A stretch of DNA of 64,000 bases from an uncultured archaeon. GTDB taxonomy: Archaea; Altiarchaeota; Altiarchaeia; IMC4; SCGC-AAA252-I15. Within the stretch, counting starts at the first letter, position 1, and each line of letters starts with the position of its first letter. Shown piece after piece: positions 1 through 8,366 of the stretch. Under the pieces are notes generated by a model that ran no database searches, was not told the origin of the DNA, and saw only the letters and a list, made by a program, of their open reading frames with translations. The stretch is taken from positions 25,521 to 89,520 of the forward strand of contig CAZPLO010000002.1 in the NCBI GenBank assembly GCA_964587725.1, read 5' to 3'. Both the position numbers and the translations under genes were made by a program.

Positions 1-40
1 TTATCAGTCGAACGCTCTAACCGAACTGAGCCACGGGACC
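1..40 (-). tRNA. tRNA-Ile(GAT), 5' half; the rest lies outside the window
   Basis: Minus strand reads GGTCCCGTGGCTCAGTTCGGTTAGAGCGTTCGACTGATAA: acceptor 5' strand, D-arm, anticodon stem TTCGA and loop CT-GAT-AA. Truncated by the window edge. Confidence 0.85.
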
Positions 41-76
41 GATTTGTCACTAGGTTCTTAGGTTTTTGGCGAATAT

Positions 77-196
77 GTCCGTTGGGGGTCTCGCGACCTT
101 TCGACGCGTGAAAGGCGGAGCCTTTCAGCGCGCCGGAAACCTTCGGTTTCCGAGCGTTATCAGTCGAACGCTCTAACCGAACTGAGCCACGGGACC
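77..196 (-). pseudogene. Disrupted second copy of tRNA-Ile(GAT)
   Basis: 157-196 is identical to 1-40. A 52-nt insertion (105-156) follows the anticodon loop, then TCGAAAGGTCGCGAG resumes (90-104). No TTCGA T-loop and no intact acceptor 3' strand follow. Confidence 0.7.
105..156. repeat. Two tandem 26-nt palindromic (REP-like) units
   Basis: cgcgTGAAAGGCggaGCCTTTCAgcg (105-130) and cgcCGGAAACCttcGGTTTCCGagcg (131-156). Each has an 8-bp core stem, a 3-nt loop and cgc...agcg ends. Confidence 0.8.
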
Positions 197-255
197 TTTT
201 TCGTAGGATATATAGTGGTTTAAACCATTAAAAGTAGAGGCGCTTTACCCTAAGG

Positions 256-855
256 TTATTCCAGGTAGTCTGTGATTTTTCCGCAGCGTTTGGCCATTCT
301 GGTTTCCATGGCGTGGGGTTCGCGGTGTTTCACCGGCATCATCCTGTTCATGAGTTTGAGGTTTCTGCGTTCGCGGATGTATGTGCTGTCGTAGTATTTC
401 CCCCACAGGCTGTCGTCGAAGTCCAGGCCCTCCATCAGTGGGTGAGGGGGCAGGTGTTTCTCCAGTTCCTTCACGGTTTCTTCGACGCAGGCTGTGTACG
501 CGGTCACGGTGCCGCGTGTGTCTGCCACATACGTTTTACCGCGGTGTTCCAGGGCGATGTGGAATACTGGGAAGCGGCGGTGGAAGTGGTTGAGCAGCAG
601 GTCTGCGACGTCGTGTTCCAGGCGGGGTTTGCCGTAGAGTATGCCGTGCCGGGACCGGTTCAAACGCATGAACCCCTTCTTCAGGTGGAGGCCGCATCCG
701 ACCTCCCGGTGCATTCTATAGAGTTTCCTGGCTTCGGGGGTGGCGATGTTCATTACGAGTGTGCGGTCCTGGCAGGCCACCTTATCCAGCAATCGGGGGT
801 CGTAGTTTCTGTGGCGGGGTGCGAGACCGAACCGCTCCCTCAGCTCAGGTTCCAT
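256..855 (-). CDS. DUF4130 / TIGR03915-like putative DNA repair protein
   Basis: H-x2-KGFMR and HF-x2-RFP motifs plus C-terminal W-x2-YYDSTYI-x-ER-x-N. Overlaps the radical SAM gene, its usual partner. Confidence 0.8.
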   Translation of the reverse strand: MEPELRERFGLAPRHRNYDPRLLDKVACQDRTLVMNIATPEARKLYRMHREVGCGLHLKKGFMRLNRSRHGILYGKPRLEHDVADLLLNHFHRRFPVFHIALEHRGKTYVADTRGTVTAYTACVEETVKELEKHLPPHPLMEGLDFDDSLWGKYYDSTYIRERRNLKLMNRMMPVKHREPHAMETRMAKRCGKITDYLE

Positions 856-1972
856 AGTCGAGCAGCCTCCGCTGAGTGCGGCCGTTGATTTTGATGAACG
901 GCTCAGCCCTTTTCAACACCACGCCGATGCTTTTGAGTTCGTTTCTCTTGGTCAGCCGACCGCCGCGGCGCCGCACCCCCATAATCCTGCGCGCGCTCAT
1001 GGGTCCGATGCCGGGGACTCTTATGAGCTCCTCCATGCTGCATTCGTTCACGTCCACTGGGTCGTCGAAGTACAGGTTCGCCAAATGGATTTTGGGGTCG
1101 CCGCGGGGCAGGTTGCCGGCGTCCATCATCTCCCTGAACTCCCTCAACGGGGTGTCGTATTTCCGGAGCATGAAGTCGACCTGATACAAACGGTGTTCGC
1201 GTTCATACGGTGTTCCAGCCTTCCTCTCCAACGGTGTGTTTTTCAGGGGGCTGAAGGCGCTGTAGTATACGCGTTTAACACCCATTTTCCTGTACTCCCA
1301 GTCCGTGGCCTCCAGTATCTCCAGGTCGGTTTCGTCTGAGCCTCCGACCACCATCTGAGTGGTCTGCCCGGACGGCGGCTTCACAGAGTCTATCCACCGC
1401 TGCCGCCGCAGGATGTCGGTGCCGTAGTCTTTCACTGAACTTACTTCCTTGAGGCGGGTTTTGCTGGGGGCCTCCAGGTTTATGGACAGTCGGTCGGAGA
1501 AGGCGGCAGCCTGTCTGATATGTTCTCTGCTGGTGCCCGGCAGCACCTTGAAGTGTATGTAGCCCCTGAATTTGTATCTGTCGCGTATCAGGTTCACCGC
1601 CTCTATCATTTTTTCGGTGGTGGCGTCGGGGCTGCCGGATATGCCGGATGACAGGAACAGTCCTTCCACGTGGTTGCCGAGGTACAGGTGCATGAACACT
1701 TTAGCGAGTTCATTGGGTTCATATGCGGTGGTGCGTTTGCTGCAGTGGGCTGAGTTGCTGCAGTACCTGCAGTCGAACCCGCAGTCGTTGGTCATCAGTG
1801 TCTTGAACAGTGACACGCAGCGGCCGTCTTCGGTGAAGGAATGGCATATCCCCCCGAGTGCCGCGTTGCCTATTCTGTCCCCGCCCGTGACTTTCCGGGG
1901 TGAGGCGGTGCTGGAGCAGGTGTCCCATTTCCCTGCTTCACTGAGTACGCGGACTTTTTCGACAGTGTTCAT
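845..1972 (-). CDS. Putative DNA modification/repair radical SAM protein with HhH motif (TIGR03916-like)
   Basis: GICHSF, CxxxCxxC (CGFDCRYC), GLFLSS, GQTTQ, REHRLYQ and HhH (RVPGIGP). Start taken at MNTVEK (1972). Confidence 0.9.
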   Translation of the reverse strand: MNTVEKVRVLSEAGKWDTCSSTASPRKVTGGDRIGNAALGGICHSFTEDGRCVSLFKTLMTNDCGFDCRYCSNSAHCSKRTTAYEPNELAKVFMHLYLGNHVEGLFLSSGISGSPDATTEKMIEAVNLIRDRYKFRGYIHFKVLPGTSREHIRQAAAFSDRLSINLEAPSKTRLKEVSSVKDYGTDILRRQRWIDSVKPPSGQTTQMVVGGSDETDLEILEATDWEYRKMGVKRVYYSAFSPLKNTPLERKAGTPYEREHRLYQVDFMLRKYDTPLREFREMMDAGNLPRGDPKIHLANLYFDDPVDVNECSMEELIRVPGIGPMSARRIMGVRRRGGRLTKRNELKSIGVVLKRAEPFIKINGRTQRRLLDYGT

Positions 1973-2025
1973 CGATACTGTCTGCGAATGGGTTGGATTA
2001 AAAGACGGGGGAGAGCGGTGGAAAA

Positions 2026-2619
2026 CTATTTCCACCTGCGTATTCTGCCCACGGGCTTCTCCAGTGTCATCTTGTACCTGGGCGGCCTATAAGGTATCTG
2101 TGCGGCCTCCGCGGCCCGAACGTCCTCTATGGTGATGAACGCGTTTGGGTCTATAGCCTTGACTATGGTGACCACGTCTTCGACGTTCACCCGCTTCACC
2201 ACCGTGTAAATGACGCGCATCACGCCCTCGTTTCCTTCGGCGGTGACGCTGGTGAGCCCGTAGCCGGCGTCCTTCAGCCGCCCCATCATCCTGTCCCCCT
2301 CCTTCTTGGTTATCACCTGAACCACCTGGAGTCCGACCGCCAGCTGCTCCTCCAGCCAGATTCCCACGTAGTTTCCGGCTGCGAAACCGCCCGCGAAGGC
2401 GACGTAGGCGGCCCAGTTGGTTAGGTTCTGTATTATCTGGGTGATGGCGAGAAGCCAGGCCAGCGACTCGATGAAACCTAGTATGGGGGCGGCGTATTTC
2501 ATGCCCTTGGCCACGAACATTATCCGAAGCGTCCCTATGCTGACGTCCAGTATCCTGGCCAGGAATATGACTGTTGGGAGTATAACCCAGTTGGCCATCC
2601 ACGGTTCTATGGTTAGCAT
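2026..2619 (-). CDS. UPF0316 / DUF2179-DUF5698 (YebE-like) membrane protein
   Basis: IFLARILDVSIGTLR and GGFAAGNYVG motifs, three TM segments, and a C-terminal IDPNAFITI ferredoxin-like domain. Confidence 0.85.
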   Translation of the reverse strand: MLTIEPWMANWVILPTVIFLARILDVSIGTLRIMFVAKGMKYAAPILGFIESLAWLLAITQIIQNLTNWAAYVAFAGGFAAGNYVGIWLEEQLAVGLQVVQVITKKEGDRMMGRLKDAGYGLTSVTAEGNEGVMRVIYTVVKRVNVEDVVTIVKAIDPNAFITIEDVRAAEAAQIPYRPPRYKMTLEKPVGRIRRWK

Positions 2620-2651
2620 GTTTAAGCCTCAAGCGATACTAGTTTAAAAAG

Positions 2652-3293
2652 TCACAGGTATGTGTCGTTGCACTCCGCCTCCACCGCAGGGTCCACGATG
2701 AGGTAGCACAGGTTCGGGTTTATCCTCTCCAACTCGATGTGCTGCATCATGCAGCGGTCGTGGAGGGTGCTGTTGGTTAGGAGGAAGCAGACGTAGGGGT
2801 CGGCTTCCTTGTCGCGGACGTAGTCGTACAAACACTTCTCCATCACCTGACGGTCGTGTATTTCGTCGCAGTAAGCCCTGTTGTTCCACCGGAACGCCAT
2901 AGTACGGTAGCATATGTCTTTCTCGTCGAGCACGTCTATTCTTTCACAGTAGTCTGGTTTGTCTTCGAGGCGGGCGAGGCACCGGAACTTCAGGTTGTCG
3001 CCGCCTATTTTGTTGCAGGCTCCGCGGTCCTTCATCCTGTAGGCTAGGTCGTAGAGGCAGCGGTCCGCCTCCGCGGAATCCGACAGCAGCATGCACTCCG
3101 CCTCCCCCGTCGGCTGCTTCACCGTCGTCAGCGTCATCTCCGGAGGAAGCGTCTCCGACGTAACCGTGGTCGACGTATTCAGGCTGGTGGTTGCTCCCGC
3201 CGCCGGAGTTTCCGTAGTAACGGTGGTCGACGTCTCCTCCGTACCGACGCACCCGCACAGCAGCACAGCCAGAACAATCAGAGCAGTCCTCAT
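2652..3293 (-). CDS. Secreted or lipid-anchored protein with Thr-rich linker and periodic Cys repeats
   Basis: Start MRTALIVLAVLLCGC (ATGA overlap with the upstream stop), lipobox-like motif, TTTVTT linker, then cysteines about every 11-15 aa. Confidence 0.7.
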   Translation of the reverse strand: MRTALIVLAVLLCGCVGTEETSTTVTTETPAAGATTSLNTSTTVTSETLPPEMTLTTVKQPTGEAECMLLSDSAEADRCLYDLAYRMKDRGACNKIGGDNLKFRCLARLEDKPDYCERIDVLDEKDICYRTMAFRWNNRAYCDEIHDRQVMEKCLYDYVRDKEADPYVCFLLTNSTLHDRCMMQHIELERINPNLCYLIVDPAVEAECNDTYL

Positions 3294-3910
3294 TCTTTCA
3301 GTTTCACGGTTTTGGGTTTGAAGGTGTTGTCCACCGTTATCTTCCCGTTTTTCACTGTGAATGGTAGTGTGTGTATTTTCACCCCTCCCTTCATGCGGGT
3401 GGGGAATGGGCGGAGTATGTCTTCGATGCGGGGGTGGTATGGGCCGTGGCGGGCAAGCAGAATTCGGTCGCTCAAGACGGCGGAGGGGAATCCGCCCCGC
3501 CTGTACGCGGACGTGACCTTGGCATCGTCTTTCAGTGCGCGGAGGAGCATGAGGCTGTCCTCTGGCATGTGGTAGGCCCGCCCGGCCTTGAGGGTGAACC
3601 CGTCGGCTATTTGCTGGTCGTCCACCAAGCCGGGGGTGTTGAACGGGTCTGCGTAGATTCTGTAGGCAGGCAGGCTGTAGTCGACGGGTTTGTCTGCTAT
3701 CAGCGCCAGAAGTCCTTCCTCGTCGCGTTCTTGGAAGCACAGCTGCACCGGCTCCACGCCCTCAAACGTTTGCTCCCTTTCGGTGGTTGCTAGCAGGAAA
3801 TCGACTCCCGCCTTGTCTATGAGGTAGTCTTGGAGGACGGTGGAGTCATCCATCCGCTTCCTCAGGCGGTCGTCTACCTTATCCAGTAACGCGAGGGTGA
3901 CGCAGGTCAT
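3290..3910 (-). CDS. Hypothetical protein
   Basis: 206-aa ORF with ATGA overlaps at both ends and protein-like composition; no motif recognised. Confidence 0.65.
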   Translation of the reverse strand: MTCVTLALLDKVDDRLRKRMDDSTVLQDYLIDKAGVDFLLATTEREQTFEGVEPVQLCFQERDEEGLLALIADKPVDYSLPAYRIYADPFNTPGLVDDQQIADGFTLKAGRAYHMPEDSLMLLRALKDDAKVTSAYRRGGFPSAVLSDRILLARHGPYHPRIEDILRPFPTRMKGGVKIHTLPFTVKNGKITVDNTFKPKTVKLKE

Positions 3911-5022
3911 CCCTCCACGTACTCCCTCACCTTCGTGGCGGTGCCCTCCGCCTTGAACGCCTGGAAGAACGCGAGCGCACTCTCCTTCGTGGCTTCGTCG
4001 ATTTTCTCAACGGCTTCAGGGGGCAGCGAGTCTATCTCCTCCTTGTATTCCTTGATGGCGCGCTTGATGTTCTTGCCTATCAGCTCCCCCCTGCTTATGC
4101 CTGGCTTCTTGGCCTTGAGTTTCTCGCTGTGTTTGCTCTGAAGCGTCCACTCCTCCATCTTCTCAACCAGGTCCGCGGGCATGGCTTCGAGGGCGACGTT
4201 CTGCCAGTTGGTTCCGACGTTCCCCTTGAACACGCCGGCGTCGATGAGCTTCCCCATCAGGTGAAGCGGTGTGCCGGTTATCCCGTGCTGGGCGACGTAC
4301 ACGCCGTACGGGGCTATCGCGTCCGCTATCGCCTTGGTGCGGTCCACGTCTATGCCAATCTGCTCCACCACGTTCCCGTCTTTGTCGTATATGTTCCCGT
4401 GCTGTGTGCCGTTGTTGGTTGCGAGCAGGTTGGGGTCGAAGCCCGCGTCCGTGATAGCCTTCACGTACGTTTTAGCTTCCTCCACGGATGTGAGGGCTTT
4501 CTCGCCGGTGCTGGGGTCTTTCCCCCCGACCTCCCCCACCTCTACTTCAAGGCCTGCGGTTTCGGGGATTAGTTCCGCCAGTTTCGTGGTGATTTCGATG
4601 TTGTCCGCCAGCTGCTCCCTCACCGAGTCGGCTTCAATGTTGAAGTTGTGGCTCGCGTCTATAGCGTACGACGTGAAACCGGCCTTGATTTCAGCCTTAA
4701 TCAGCTCCTCAGCCTCCTTCACCGCCTCTGGAGTGTTTTCTTTGATGGTGATGTGGTCTCCGTGGACTACGTACGGCTGGTTGAACTCCAGCTCCTCGGC
4801 GGTCTCCAGTATCATGTCCATGAACGTCTGCGGAGGCTGCGCAGTGTAGCCTATCTCGCTCTTCGCTATCTCAAACATCACCGCAGCATCCAATTCCTTG
4901 GCCGCCATCATTATGCCGCGGGCGCTGTGCGTTATCCTGATGTTGGCCGCCATCACTATGGTTCCCTTACCCCCGAGGGCGTTGACGAGGTCCCGCCCCT
5001 GAATAGGTCTGCTGTAGTCCAT
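3907..5022 (-). CDS. fba: Class II fructose-bisphosphate aldolase family protein
   Basis: VVHGDH, GFTSYAIDASH, EVEVGEVGG, NGTQHG, AQHGITG and KGNVGT motifs. Start at MDYSRP, about 25 nt after a TTTTATA box. Confidence 0.9.
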   Translation of the reverse strand: MDYSRPIQGRDLVNALGGKGTIVMAANIRITHSARGIMMAAKELDAAVMFEIAKSEIGYTAQPPQTFMDMILETAEELEFNQPYVVHGDHITIKENTPEAVKEAEELIKAEIKAGFTSYAIDASHNFNIEADSVREQLADNIEITTKLAELIPETAGLEVEVGEVGGKDPSTGEKALTSVEEAKTYVKAITDAGFDPNLLATNNGTQHGNIYDKDGNVVEQIGIDVDRTKAIADAIAPYGVYVAQHGITGTPLHLMGKLIDAGVFKGNVGTNWQNVALEAMPADLVEKMEEWTLQSKHSEKLKAKKPGISRGELIGKNIKRAIKEYKEEIDSLPPEAVEKIDEATKESALAFFQAFKAEGTATKVREYVEG

Positions 5023-5060
5023 TGTAGAATCCATTTGGAAGCCGAGTATAAAAGGGTTCT

Positions 5061-6248
5061 TCACCTGGTGAGTTGCCCCAGGGCTTCCTCCAGCTTCTCC
5101 ACGGTCATGCCTGCTCCGAAGCCCATGCGGAAGTGTTTCCTCAGGTGTTCGAAGCCCTTGAAGCTTCCGCCGAAGCTGGTGCCGGGTATGAACCCCGTCT
5201 TCCGTTCGGCAGCCATTTTTTTCACGAATTCTTCGCTGTCGCCGTCGTCGGGGGTGGTGGGGAACACCATGTAGGTTCCGGTCGGCTGGTAGGGGAAGTC
5301 GCACCCCCACTCACCCAATACCTTCTGGACGAGCTCACTCTTGGTCTTATAACCTTCTATCACCTCTTCGAGGAACGGCAGCGTCGGGTCTTTTTCTATC
5401 AGCGCTGTGACGCCCGCCTGTATGCCGCGGCTCGCGCCGGCGCTCAGATTCCTGAAGTAGAATGCGACCATCTTGTGGCTGTCGAGTACCGCGGGGCTCA
5501 CCCGTATGAACCCCAGTCGGATGTCCGGCTTCACAATCTTAGAAAACGACGACACGAGGCTGACGTGCCCGCTGATGTCGTCTGAGAAGCTCACAGGCGA
5601 CTCATACGGCGTCTTGTTGCGGTCGAATATGATGTACTTGTACGGTTCGTCCGATATTATTTCGAGGTTGTTGGACACAGCCCACCCGCACATCTCCTCC
5701 AATTCCTTAACAGGGACCATGGATGCGGTGGGGTTCGCCGGGAAGTTCACGTACACCGCCCGCGTCTTCTTTGTGAGGGCGGCTTCCGCGTTCTCGTGCA
5801 CGAACTCCCCGTCCGTGAAAAACGCGGCTGGCACGCCTTTGTTGCCGGAGTGCGCTACCATGTTGTGTATGGTCCCCCACGCGGGAGTGTTGACGAGTAT
5901 TTCGCTGCCTGCGGGGAACAAGCTGAACATGAACTGGAGCGCCTGCGACGCCCCCACCGTAACGTACAGCCGATGGAAGTCTTCTTCGGTGAGTTCGGCG
6001 CCGAACTTCGGCTCCATCTTCAATATGGCCTCGCGCATGGCGTTTTCGCCGACGAACGGCGGATACCCTGTGGCGTTTTTGGACTCCTGCCGGTGCACGG
6101 CTTCGGCGTACACCTTCAGTGCGTCTTCCGGCATCTTGTCCGGGACGCCGATGGTGAACATGTTCACCGCGCCCGCGTCCTTCGCCACACCCACCCAATA
6201 GCGTATGGGGTCGGGGATTATTCCGTCGAGGTTGTCCGTCAGCTTCAT
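5061..6248 (-). CDS. PLP-dependent aminotransferase, class I/II
   Basis: NFPANPT, ISDEPY, SFSK (PLP lysine) followed by IRLG, and PGTSF...RMGF. Confidence 0.88.
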   Translation of the reverse strand: MKLTDNLDGIIPDPIRYWVGVAKDAGAVNMFTIGVPDKMPEDALKVYAEAVHRQESKNATGYPPFVGENAMREAILKMEPKFGAELTEEDFHRLYVTVGASQALQFMFSLFPAGSEILVNTPAWGTIHNMVAHSGNKGVPAAFFTDGEFVHENAEAALTKKTRAVYVNFPANPTASMVPVKELEEMCGWAVSNNLEIISDEPYKYIIFDRNKTPYESPVSFSDDISGHVSLVSSFSKIVKPDIRLGFIRVSPAVLDSHKMVAFYFRNLSAGASRGIQAGVTALIEKDPTLPFLEEVIEGYKTKSELVQKVLGEWGCDFPYQPTGTYMVFPTTPDDGDSEEFVKKMAAERKTGFIPGTSFGGSFKGFEHLRKHFRMGFGAGMTVEKLEEALGQLTR

Positions 6249-6315
6249 TTTAACGTCGTATGTCGATTTTTATGTTGGTTCAGATTATGTGCGTGCATAA
6301 ATAAAAAGGGCCCGG

Positions 6316-7338
6316 CTAGCCGAAGAACGTCTTCGCAATATCATACCATTCGTCGTCGACCTGACGGTCTTTTATCGCCTCATCCAGCGGCAGCGACTCG
6401 ATTCTGTCGTTCCTCAACGTCACCATGACTCCGAAGTTGTTCATGTGTGCGTAGTGGACTGCCTTGACACCGAAGCGTGTGGCCAGCAGCCGGTCTTCGG
6501 CGGTCGGGGTCCCGCCCCTCTGTATGTGGCCTAGTATCGACGCCCTGGTCTCGAAGCCCGTGCGCTCCGCAATCTCCTTCTTCAGCCAGTTAGCCACACC
6601 CCCCAATGCGACGTGGCCGAAGTCGTCCAAATCCCCGCTCTTGGTCGTCGTCTTACCGCCGCGCGGGTGGGCGCCCTCAGCCACAACCACTATGGTGAAC
6701 CTCTTCCGCTCATGCCGTTTCTTTATGACCTCGCAGACCTCGTCTATGTCGAACGGCCTCTCAGGAATCAGTATCAGGTCCGCGCCCCCGGATATTCCTC
6801 CGAGGGTGGCTATCCAGCCGGCGTGCCGGCCCATGACCTCCAACACCATCACCCTATGGTGCGACTCCGCGGTGGTGTGGAGCTTGTCTATCGCCTCCAC
6901 CACGGTTGTGAATGCGGTGTTGAATCCTATGGTTCGGTTGGTGCCGAGGAGGTCGTTGTCTATGGTCTTGGGTATGCCGATTACGTCCAGGCCGTTCTTG
7001 CTCATCTCCGACGCCACATACAGTGTGTCGTCGCCTCCGATAGCTATCAACGCGTCCAACCCCAGTTTCTTGAACCCGTCCAAAACCTTCTGTATCCCGC
7101 CTTCCATCTTCACAGGGTTGGTTCTGGACGAGCCGAGTATGGTGCCTCCTTTGACGAGTATCCCTGAAACATTGTCCAGCGTGAGCGGGAAGCCGTCGGC
7201 CTCTATCATGCCCTTCCACCCGTCCCGGATGCCGGTGAACTCCATCCCGTACTCTCTGACACCCTTCTTAACAACCGCCCGTATGGCGGCGTTCAACCCC
7301 GGGCAGTCGCCGCCGCCGGTCAGCACGCCTATCTTCAT
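6316..7338 (-). CDS. pfkA: PfkA-family 6-phosphofructokinase, PPi-type signature
   Basis: LTGGGDCPGLN, GTILGSSRTN, GGDDT, PKTIDND, EVMGRHAG, LGHIQRGG. Confidence 0.93.
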   Translation of the reverse strand: MKIGVLTGGGDCPGLNAAIRAVVKKGVREYGMEFTGIRDGWKGMIEADGFPLTLDNVSGILVKGGTILGSSRTNPVKMEGGIQKVLDGFKKLGLDALIAIGGDDTLYVASEMSKNGLDVIGIPKTIDNDLLGTNRTIGFNTAFTTVVEAIDKLHTTAESHHRVMVLEVMGRHAGWIATLGGISGGADLILIPERPFDIDEVCEVIKKRHERKRFTIVVVAEGAHPRGGKTTTKSGDLDDFGHVALGGVANWLKKEIAERTGFETRASILGHIQRGGTPTAEDRLLATRFGVKAVHYAHMNNFGVMVTLRNDRIESLPLDEAIKDRQVDDEWYDIAKTFFG

Positions 7339-7342
7339 GTTT

Positions 7343-8365
7343 TCACCCGAAGAATATTTCAGCGAGATTGTACCAGTAGTCCGTCACACACCGTTCCTTC
7401 GTCGCCTCAGCCAACGGGACCGTGACTATCTCGTCGCCGTCCAACGCCACCATGACCCCGTGGGCGTTCTCCAAGACCAACTCCATGGCCCTGACCCCGA
7501 AACGGGTCGCCAGTATCCTGTCCTCCACCGTCGGCGTGCCGCCGCGTTGGGTGTGGCCGAGTATGATGGCGCGGGTGTCGAAGTCCAGCCGCTCCTTTAT
7601 CTCCCTCTTCAGCCAGTTGGCGACGCCGCCTATGGTGTGGTACCCGAATGCGTCCTCTTCATCGGTTTTGATGATGGTTTCGCCTCCGCTTTCATGAGCG
7701 CCCTCGGCGACGACCACTATGGTGTAGTTTCTTATCTTGTGCCGTTCCCGGATTATGTCGCAGACCTCCCCTATGCTGAACGGCTTCTCAGGTATGAGTA
7801 TGATGTCTGCGCCGCCGGCGATGCCGGCAACCGTGGCTATCCACCCCGCATCCCGGCCCATAACCTCCACTATCATCACCCGGTGGTGGGATTCCGCGGT
7901 GGTGTGTATCCTGTCGATGGCCTCGACCGCCACGGTGACTGCGGTGTTGAACCCTATGGTGCGTTCGGTCCCGTTTATGTCGTTGTCTATGGTCTTGGGT
8001 ATGCCTACGATGTTGAGTCCCGCCTCGCTCATCTTCGCCGCAACATGCAGCGTGCTGTCGCCGCCCACCACTATCAGCGAGTCTAGCCCGAGTTTCCCGT
8101 AGCCGTTAATCAGCTTCGCCAGTTCGACGTCGCCCTTGAATGTCTTGGAGGGGGTTGAACCCAGTATGGTGCCGCCCCGTATTATGAGGCCGCCCACCGA
8201 CATCCGGTCCAACGGCTCTGACTCACCCTCCAACAGGCCCTTCCACCCGTTTTTAACCCCCAATATATCCACGCCGTCTTCTAGGATTCCGCGCCTCACG
8301 ATAGCCCGTATGGCGGCGTTCAAGCCGGGGCAGTCGCCTCCGCCGGTGAGTATCCCAACTTTCAC
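7343..8365 (-). CDS. pfkA: PfkA-family phosphofructokinase paralog with divergent donor site
   Basis: Same motifs as the neighbour but GTILGSTPSK and GGDST. Probable GTG start at 8365. Confidence 0.88.
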   Translation of the reverse strand: MKVGILTGGGDCPGLNAAIRAIVRRGILEDGVDILGVKNGWKGLLEGESEPLDRMSVGGLIIRGGTILGSTPSKTFKGDVELAKLINGYGKLGLDSLIVVGGDSTLHVAAKMSEAGLNIVGIPKTIDNDINGTERTIGFNTAVTVAVEAIDRIHTTAESHHRVMIVEVMGRDAGWIATVAGIAGGADIILIPEKPFSIGEVCDIIRERHKIRNYTIVVVAEGAHESGGETIIKTDEEDAFGYHTIGGVANWLKREIKERLDFDTRAIILGHTQRGGTPTVEDRILATRFGVRAMELVLENAHGVMVALDGDEIVTVPLAEATKERCVTDYWYNLAEIFFG

Positions 8366-8366
8366 T

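Noticed and set aside
105-156. Canonical tRNA intron
   Set aside because: No bulge-helix-bulge is apparent, and removing it would not restore a T-arm or acceptor stem.
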